Positions 9,879 through 19,500 of a stretch of 64,000 bases of DNA are shown here, in pieces; position 1 is the first letter of the stretch; each line of letters opens with the position of its first letter. Source of the DNA: Polyangiaceae bacterium (lineage in GTDB: Bacteria > Myxococcota_A > Polyangia > Polyangiales > Polyangiaceae). The notes below the pieces were generated by a model. It was not told the DNA's origin and ran no database searches. It was given only the letters and a program-made list of their open reading frames with translations. Made by a program: the position numbers and the translations under genes. Location of the stretch: positions 288,001 through 352,000 of the forward strand of contig CBDCTZ010000013.1 of assembly GCA_965222375.1 (NCBI GenBank), given 5' to 3'.

Positions 9879-10525
9879 GGGGAAAGCTCCGGGGTAGGCG
9901 GAGCAAGGCCAGGCTTGACTTGCAGCAGGCCGCGCGCCCGGCGGTTCTCGAAACTGATGGCCCGGTTGAGGAGCTCGAGGTTTCGGTCAATGGCCGCCAA
10001 CTCCAGCTCCGCGCCAACCGCGATAACAACCCGGGTAAAGGGCAGCGGCACGACGAATTCATCCCAGGCGGAGCGGACAACCACGGCGCGCTGGGCCCAA
10101 CTACCCACGGGATGCAGCGCTGCTGCTGACCGTCGCGCAGCGAGCACGACCCCCGCCTTCGCCTGCTTGGCGGGCCCACGTGGCCCGTCTACAGCCATCG
10201 CCACGTCCCCACCCCCGCGACGCAAGAATCGGATCAGCGTTCGTAATGCACGCGCACCACCCCGAGAGCTCGAACCGCGGACGGTGGAAAGGCCCAGGGC
10301 CGTCTGTGCGCCACTTTGGAGCTGGCCATCCCGAGACATGCTGATGAGCGCCGCCGTGGGGCGCGAGCGTTGGGCGCCAAGCAGTGCCATTTGCCTGCCG
10401 TGCCAGAAGGCGAAGACTCGAGCCTTGCCTGGCGGCAGCACGGCACCAACCACACGCACACGCCACGTGAAAGCCCAAACGCGGACCAGGAGCCCGACCA
10501 GGAGCCCGATCGCGAAACGCAGCAA
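9875..10525 (-). CDS. DUF374 / lysophospholipid acyltransferase family protein
   Basis: AFWHG, ISMSRDG, VRGSSSRGG, AVDGPRGP, WDEFVVPLPF. Confidence 0.88.
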   Translation of the reverse strand: MLRFAIGLLVGLLVRVWAFTWRVRVVGAVLPPGKARVFAFWHGRQMALLGAQRSRPTAALISMSRDGQLQSGAQTALGLSTVRGSSSRGGARALRTLIRFLRRGGGDVAMAVDGPRGPAKQAKAGVVLAARRSAAALHPVGSWAQRAVVVRSAWDEFVVPLPFTRVVIAVGAELELAAIDRNLELLNRAISFENRRARGLLQVKPGLAPPTPELSP

Positions 10526-10532
10526 GAACTCG

Positions 10533-13500
10533 TCAGCCTTTCAGCTCTGCCAGGCGTTCCTTCGCGAATTCCAGAGAGGCATCGCTCTGCACAGCGCGAT
10601 CGTACATTTGGATCGCTTTCGGCTTTTCCCCGAGTTTTTCGTGGACCTGGCCTAGGTGCATGAACACCTCTGGCTTGGTGATCGGGCTCTTGTCGTCCAA
10701 CTTCTGAAGAAGCAGTGCGCGATACATCTGCTGCGCCTTCTTCAGGTCGTTGGCCTCCAATGCGACCGAACCCAACTTGTGCAACACAGCGACGTTGCCC
10801 GGCTCGATCCGGAACGCCCGGTCCAACTCGGACAAGGCGCGCTCGGTGTCACCTTCTGCCAAGTAGGCGTCGGCCAGGCGACGGTGGATCTCTCCGAGTT
10901 CCTTGGAGCGCTTGCCGCCGTAGCTTTCGACGATCTTCTCCAACACTTCCGCCGCCGCCTTTCCACGGCCGCTCGCGCTGAAAGAGTCACACAGCTCGAG
11001 CATCAACTGGCGATCCTCTGGCATGAGTGCGCTAGCCTTCTCCAGCAGCTCCGCTGCCTGGGCGTGGTCTTCTCGCTGGGTGGAGTGGATCTCCGCAGCC
11101 CGTCGCAACAGGTCTACCTTCTTTTCAGCCCCCTCGGCCAGATCCGCGTCTTCGGCAATGAACGCAGCGAGTTTGTCCCAAGTCTTCTCACTCTCGTAGT
11201 GGGCGCGCAGCCGATCTCGGATTTGACTCGTCAGCTCGGAGGCCCCGACGGACTCCAACGCCAGCCCCCGCTCCAGGGCCCGGGCGACTCCCTCCGCATC
11301 CTTGGCTTCCCCGCGAACGTCAGCGAGCTGGAGCACCAGACCGAGTGCCGCCTCGCCTTCCGCCTGGCCGACGAGCTTTTCGAGCACGTCACCGGCGTCC
11401 GCGTGTCGGCCTTCAGCGGTGTAGAGGCGCGCCAATGCCTCCAGGGCACCGTGATGCTCCGGATCCCGCTCCAACACGGACTGATAGGTCGCGATGGCTT
11501 TGGCCTTGTCCTGTAAGCGGTTCTCGCAGATTTCGCCAAGCCGAACCCGAAAGGTGAGTTCCGCACCCTGATCGCCCGCCTCAGCCGCGATTTCGATCTG
11601 CTGAGACAGCAGGTCCGCCAAGTCTTCGTCGCGATCTGCCTTCTCGTAGAGCTCCGACAGGAGGACGACGGCCTCGCTGTGGCCGGCGTTGTCTTGCAGC
11701 ACGCCACGGAGGATCTCGATCGCCGTGTCCGTCGCCTCGAATCGCTCGACGTTCAGTCGAGCGGTTTCGACCTTCAACGTGGCGCGCTCCGTATCGGAAT
11801 CGGCCAGATCCGTCAGCCGCTCCAGCAACCTGGACAGGTCATCCCAGCGCTCGGTCTTGAAGAAAAGCTCCCGAAGCGCGCTCGATGCCGCCGTGTCGGT
11901 AGGCTCCGCCTCGAATAGTTCGTCGTAGAGTTCGATGGCCTTCTCGGGCTCTCCAAGATGCTCCCGCGCGATGCTTGCAGCGCGATGCCGCAGCTCGCGC
12001 ACGACATCACCCTGAGCGCGCAACTCGCTTCGTCGTACGATCAGATCGAAGGTCTCACGCCAGTCCTCGGCGCGCTCCCGAATCTCCGTGAGTTGGTCCA
12101 ACGCCCACAAGTTGGTGTCGTCGTGCTCTAGCAACTCGCGCAGGATGGCTTCAGTGAGCTCCGCATCTTCGAGGCCATCCGCAAGCCCCTTGGCCTCTCG
12201 ATACAAGTCTTCGCGCCGCTGATCGTCGAGGGACAGCTTGGCCCGCTGCCGCAGGGTTTTGATCAAGTCACGCTCTCGTCCCTCGACGCGCTGCAGCTGC
12301 TCGATGAGCACGAGCACGTCATCGCTTTGGGGGTCAAAGCTGAGTGCCTTCTCCAAGGCTTCTTCGGCGGCCTTGGGGTCCTCGACCTTGTCGCGCTGCC
12401 AGGTCGAGAGGCGTACCGCGAGATCCCGGGCTGTGTCCGGTGGGATATCCGTCGCCTGCTCCAGGGCTGTGCGGAGCGCCGCAGCCGCGCCTTCCCAGTT
12501 GGAAGTGGTCTCAGCCAGGCGCTCGATGTCATCCAAAAGAGTTGCGTCAGTGGGGTCGTCCGACAGCCCCTGCTGCAGAACTCGTTGGGCCGCGCTCGCG
12601 TCCGAACAGTCCTCTTCCAACACTCGCGCGAGGTTCTTGCGCATGTCGATGCGCTCCCCGGGAGTGTCAGCGAAGCCAACCCGCTTTTCGTAGAGGGAAG
12701 CCAGACTGTCCGTACGGCTCTGCTGGCGATACACCTCCTCGAGAATCTCAGCGGCTTCTTCGAACAGATCTCGTTCCGAGGTCAGCTTCTCGAGTTCCTC
12801 GATTGCTCCCGTGTGATCCGAGACGCGCTCGAGTGCGGCGCGGAACGACGAGAGCGCGCGACTGGGTTCGGAGAACTCCGTCGCCTGAACCACACCCAGG
12901 CGATGGTACAGTTCTGCCTGCGACGTTTCGTCGGTTTCCGCCAACACACGCCGTTCGAGGATGTCAGACAACGCCTGGGCGTCGTTGGTTGCTGTGTACA
13001 AGCGATCCAGAGCGGATAGCAGCTCAGGCTGATCTCCGGCCTGGTCGATGGCCGAGCGATACGCCTCGATCGCTCGGCTTGGATCGGAGAGGTTTTCTTC
13101 GGCTATCTTGCCGAGCCTACTGTAGAGGTCCTTGGCGACATCTGGGTCGAAGGTGGACTGAGCCCGCTCCGTCAGTGCATCCGCGTAGGTGCCCCAAGAA
13201 TCGGCCGATGCCGACAGTCGTTCGGCCAGAGCGTGCAACTCCGAGGACTCGGGGCGTTCGGACAGGGCGCGCAGGGCTGCGCCCAATGCCTGTTCGGGCT
13301 CCGACAGTTTGGTTTCGTGCACGTCCGCGATTTGCGTCAACGTCTCGGCCCGCACCGCCGTGTCCGTCTCGACGGACAGGCGCATCTCCAGCACCTCGGG
13401 CAAGGACCGCCACTTCTCACTGCTAGTCAGCACCGGGACCAAGATTTGGGTCACGGTCTCGCGTAGGTCCTCGTGTTCGCGGCCGATCACCAGCACGGCT

Positions 13501-16500
13501 TGGGTCGCGGCTTCGTCGCCGGGAGCGTCGTCGAGTACCTGCCGGTACGCCTCCAGCGCGTCCTCCCAGGAACTCATCTTGTCCGCGAGGATCTCACCCA
13601 TCTGCCGTCGAACCTCCGCGCGAGTCTCCGCGGAGTCCGAACGGCTCGCAGACAGGCGCAGGTTGTCCAGCAGTTCGGGCCACATTTCTTCGGCGCGGTA
13701 GAGACGTCCGAGGGCCGTGATCACCGTGTCGTCATCTGGGCGCGCCGCGAGGGCCTGGTTCAGAGAATCGATAGCGCGGGATCGATCCTCCAACTTGTTC
13801 TCGAAAACCTTGGCTGCGCTGACCAAAAGCTCGTAGCACAAGTCCGCGTCGTCATCTCCGGTCAGCTCGACCCGGCGCTGGTACAGATCTACCAGCTCTT
13901 CAGCGTCATCCCGTTCTTCCCGAAGCTCGATCAAGCAGTCTACGGTAAACGCGCTATCGGGTTCGAGCTCCAGTGCTCGCTCGTAGGACGCAATCGCGCC
14001 CGGCGAATCTTCGAGCATGTCCCGCTTGGCTTCACCAATGCGGCGCCAAAGGCTCGCGCGTTCCTCGTCATCCAAAGAAAACTCGGCCTTGGCCCTGAGA
14101 ACCTCGATCAACACGCTCCAGTCGCTGAGCAGCGTCGCCAGCTGCTCCATCTTGGCTAGGGGCTCCGGATCCGCCTCGTCCGCGGCACGCAGACGAGTGT
14201 AGGCATCCAGGGCTGCTCGAGGATCGTCCCTGCGTTGGTCGTGCACTTCAGCCAGCTTGGCGAGCACGTCCCGACGACTGATCATATCCGGATGCCGTTC
14301 GAGGGCGTCTTCGTAGGCTGCGGACAGGCGATCCCACTCGCCCGTGGCCTCCACGACCCGTTCGAGCTCTCCGCGCACCTCGCCATCATCGGGATCCAGG
14401 CTGAGCGCAACCGTGAGTGCTCGCTCGGCGCGATGAAGATCACCACCGCGAGTTTCCCACAGCTCGGCAGTTTCCCGCAGCACCAGCACCTTCTCCGAAG
14501 CGCCATCCGCCAAGGCGTAGCGTTCTTCGTTCAGATTGATCAGCCGTTGCCAGTCGTCGGCGCCCTCGTACAACGGGCGCAAGATTTCCACGACGCGTTC
14601 CTTGTAGGTGTCGTTGTCTAGGAATGCCTCGAGCTGACGAACCGCATCGGCGTGACCCGGCACGCTGCGCACGACTTCGTCCAGCTGGTCGATGGCTCGG
14701 TCGGGGTCGTTCATTGGCCCGGCGAGCAGCTTCGCCAGTGTGACGCGATGCTCCGCGGCCTGCTCTGGGGAATCCGCAAGCTCGGCCCGACGCAACAACA
14801 GCTCGGACAGATCATCATGGCGCTCGGCAGCGGCATATAGGTCTGTGAGGCGTGAAGCCGCCGTCTCGTCGGTCTCCTCTGTCTCCAGAGCCGACCGGTA
14901 TGCTTCGATGGCTTCGTCCTTGCGGTCGAGCTCGTTCTCCAGCAGCCCCGCGATGGTGTGGTGAGCGGCGAGCCGCTCGGCAGGATCGAAACGATGGTCG
15001 AGGCCTTGGCGGTAGTGCTCCACCCGCTCTTCATGACGACCCGTCCGACTCAGAATGTCGTCAACGGCGTTGAACAGCTCGAGATTCTCGGGCTCGAAGG
15101 CCAGGGCTCGACGATAGAAAGTCAGGCCCTGCTCGAGGTCGTCCAGGGAAGTAAATAGCTCGCCGGCTCGCTGCGCCAGGGAAAAGGACGTGTCGTCGTC
15201 TCCAGGATAGTCTTCCAACTCAGCCGCGTAGATTTCGGCAAGTCGCCGCTCCGCGCCCGCAACCTTGGCCAGGCGCTCCAGCTCACCGCGGGTGCTCTCG
15301 TCACCCAAGTCCTCGTGCAAGAGCTTGGCGGTCGTCTCCAACGCCGCCCGGTAGTCCTCTTTTTGTTCTTCGTGGAGTTGAGCAAGGCGCCCCAAGAGCT
15401 CACGGCGCTCTGTCGGATCCTGCTCGTAGTCCAAGCGCGCCTCGATCGCGGCCATGACCCTGTCGAAGTCCGCGCGAGACAGGTAGACCGGCTCCAAAAT
15501 GGCAGCAGCGCGGGAACGATGTTCCGCTTCCGGGGCTTTGGTCAGTAGCTTTTCCAGCTCGCCGATGGCGCCCTCGTGTTGCCCCTCTTCATCCAGAGCA
15601 CTTTCCAGTTCCTCGAAGGCGCGCCCCATGTCGTTGAGCCGGTGGGCGGCAACCTGGGCGATCTTGACGCGCAATCCCGCGCCGCCCTCGTCGGTGGCAT
15701 CCAGCTGGCGCACGTAGAGTTCCTGTAGGTCCGGCCAACGCTCCTCGAGCGTGTAGAGGGACTCCAAGGACTCGATGGCCTGGCTGTCGAGCCCGCTGTC
15801 CAAGATGTTCTCGTACACGCTGATGGCACGCGAGTTGTCGTTCAACACGTCGGACAGCAGCCGCGCCCGACGGTACATCAACGCCTTGCGCTCGTCCTCG
15901 TCGTCCAAAACGTCTGCACGTCGTTCTAGGATCTCTAACAGCTGGGGAGCGTCCCCCATCTCTTCGTACAAGGACTCCAGAGCGGCCAATGCGGCCTTGT
16001 CGTCCGAACGCAGTGCCAGGGCCTTTTGGTAGTACTCTCGGGCCAGTTCACGATCGGCGAGTTGATGCCGGGCGATGTCGGCGATCTTTAGCGTGACAGT
16101 CAGTTGAATGTCGCCGTCGAAAATCTCATCCACCACGTCGCACAGGATCTTGACGTAGTCCCCCTGTCGGGAAGACGCCTCCGCTAGGCGCTCGATGTGC
16201 TCGAGCCATGGGGCGAGTTCCGTGTGACCCGCGGCAGTCCGCACGGCGCGTTCCGCGTGTTTGAACGCGAGTCCCGAGTTGTCCAGAGAAACCTCCGCAA
16301 CCTGGATGGCCTTCTCCAACCCCTTCAACTGGTCGAAGGTGTCGTCCGTCGCATCAATCTCGATTTCGATGACCCGCAGCAGCTTTTCGTGGGCGCCATC
16401 CGCTTCGTAGATGGGATGCAGAATGCTGGCCGCTTCGCGGCGCGCGAAGCTGTCTTGGGACTCCAACAGCTCCTCGAGCGCCATGCGCGACGCCTCATGG

Positions 16501-19500
16501 GACGTGTCCAAGGTCAACGCCCGGCGATAGGTCTCGAGGGCGCCTTCGACGTCCCCGAGGTGGCGATGCTTCAAACTTCCCAACTTGGCCAACAGCTCGA
16601 GCCGATCGGCGTCCGCCTCCACGATGTCCAGATGACGCTCATAAGTCTCCGACAGCTCGTGCCACTGCTCCGCGCGCTCGTAGAGCCCTTCGAGAGCCAC
16701 GAGCACCTCTGTGTCTGGACCGTATTCGTCCAGGACGACTCGCCAGGCATCGATGGAGTCAGAGGTTGCGTCGAGCTTCGTGGATAGGGTCGTCGCGACG
16801 CGCACCATCAGCTTGCGGCGCATGCCCGAGTCCTCACTGGCGTCTCGACGAAGAGAGAGCACCTCCACGAGCTCGCGCCACTGCTCACTCTCCTCGTACA
16901 GCTTGTCGAGCGCTGCCAGCGCGAGCTCGTCGCCGGGGTTCTCTTCCGAGCGCATACGCCAGGCTTCGATCGCGCCCTTGGTGTCGCCTAGGACCGATTG
17001 GCACAGCTCACCCAATCTGCCGAGCAGCGCTTTGCGCGCGTCACCGTCGGCTTCCAGCTTGACCTGAATGCGCAGAACCTCGCCCAACTGCTCTGGCTTA
17101 TCGTTCCCCAAGTGAATCCGCTCCAGGGCTCTCGCCGCCGGGAGCACGAGTTCCGCATCGGATTCGTCCAGGGTCAGGACTGCCCGATAGGTGCTCTCGG
17201 CCGCCTCAGTGTCGTTGAGCAGGGTCTCCTGGATCTCTGCCACCTGCATCAGGATTTCTCCCTGTAGACCCGGCGTGTCCGCGCGCTTGGCAGCTGCGGT
17301 CAGAACTTCAGCTACCCTAGCGTGCGCTCCAATTCGCCTTCCGATTTCGAGCAGGCGCTCCCGGGCGTCCAGGTCCAAGGGGTCCGACGGCACGAGTCGC
17401 GCCAGCACCGCCAGGGCACCGTCGTCGTCGTGTAGCCGCTCATCCCGCAGGTTGGCGATCCGGCGCAGCAAGTCACGCCGGTCGTCATCGAGCTCTGTGG
17501 ATGCGTCCTCACCCCCCGCTTCTTTGTCTTGCTCTTCAAGGCGGATGGCAAGCACGCGAACCAAATCCCGCACTTCGTCTCTCGACTCGTACACGGTCTC
17601 CAACATGCGCGCGGCGCGCAGGCGGAGGCTGCCGATCTCGAGCAGCCGCTCTGCCAGTTCTCGCGCGTCATAGTCGTTGAGGCGCTCCCGCAACACGTCT
17701 TCGACGTGCTCCACGGCCTTTTCCGGCTGGTGCAACTTCTCCAGCAGCAAGCGGCTCAGGCGGATCTTGAGCTCCAGCAGCTCGTCGCCGGCAGCCGACT
17801 CCAAACGCCTGGAGAGCAGCCCAACCAAGTCCTCGTGACGCTCGGCTTTCGCATACAACCGATCCAAGGCGCGAATGGCTACATCGTGGATTGGATCCAG
17901 CTCGATGATGCGCTCGTAGTACTGCGTCGCCTTGTCGGAGTTTTCGATGATCTCCTCAGAAATCAGCGCAACTTCCACGAACATATCTACGCGGCGAGCT
18001 GCATCGTCCGTCGCCCGCGCTGCCTTGTCGTACAAGGCTTCTAGCTCACCCCAGCGCTCCGCAGCGGTCAGGATGTCCTTGAGCCTCAGGAACGCTTCCT
18101 CGTTGCCCGGATCTTGATCGAGGATCTTCTCTAGATAGGGCGTCGCACCGATCGGGTCGCCTAAACGATCCTCGTGCAAGCGCGAAGCCCGCTCGCAAAG
18201 CTCGACCTGGTCTTCTGGGCTCAGCTCCATCCGCAAGACTTCCCGGAACGCCTCCGACAGCTCAGTGGGTCGCCCAGCGAGTACGGCCAACGCGTCGGCG
18301 CGATCCCAGAACCCAACGTCGGTTGGGAATGCACGCACCGCTCGAAGCACGACGTCCAGCGCGTTGCCGTAGGCGCCTAGTTTCTCTTCGTGAACGTCCG
18401 CCAAACGGATGAACAGAGAGCGACGCTCCTCTGCATCCGTTGCCTGATCGAGCATCACGCTGAGGGCCTGCACCTCCCGACGCGCTTCCCCACCGCTGGC
18501 ATACTGAGCGGCCAAAACCTCTGCCGCACGCGCGCGAGTGGACTCGTCCTCCATCAGCTTTTCTAGAACCGAGATGGCGCGGGGCTGACCTGGCTCGAGC
18601 TCCAGGGCCCGCACTGCGGCGTCTTGAGCGAGAACCGGTTTGTCCAACCGCCCGAGGAAGATCTCGGCCAAGTCGACCTCGCGCAATGCGCGTTCTTCGC
18701 CCTCGAGGAGATCTCGGTGGCGCTCGATGATCTCGACGGCACTTTCGACCTCAGCCGCGTCCAACAGCAGTCGCGCCAAAGTGCGGAGGGTGTCGGCGGC
18801 ATCCGGTGCAAACTCGAGGGTGCGCCGGTGCAAGGCAATGGCCCGTTCCGGAGCCTGGTACACGTCCTCCTCGAGGATGGCCCATTCCGATAGCAGATCG
18901 ACGCGCTCGTTATCGCTGCTCGCGCTCTGCACCCGCAGATCCAAGAGCCAACGCAGGTCATCCCGGCGATCGTTCTTGCGAAGGAGTTGCTCCAATGCCT
19001 CGGCGGCATCCGTGTCCTGGGCGTTGCGGTCCAGCAGCCGTTTGTAGACGGCGACCGCATCATCCACGCGATCCAGGTCGTCTTGGTAGGCCCGCCCCAG
19101 CATTAGCTCGAGCCGGCGCTGCTCCGTCCCATCCCCAGCCGCTGGCTCTTCTTGCTGCTGGTTCTTCTTTTTGCCCTTCTTCTTCTTGGACGTCGGCGGC
19201 GCGTCTGCTGCCGAGGCAGCCGCGATGCTCTGCAAACGTGCCTCGAGGGCGCTGACGAAGGGCTCCAAGTTGCCCGCGGCCCGAGAGGTATCCTCGAACA
19301 AGCGCAGTACGTCCGCGCGTTCTGGCGCCAAACCGTAGACCCGTTCCGCGTAGGCCGCTGCGGCCTTGCGATCCGACAGGCGCCCGGACGTTATCTCGAT
19401 GATGTTGCAGTAGATGTCGACCTTCTCGGGGCCCTCGGCAGCGGATGCGAGAAGTTCATAAAGCGCTGGCAGCCTCGCCCACTTTTCGTCCTCTTCGTAC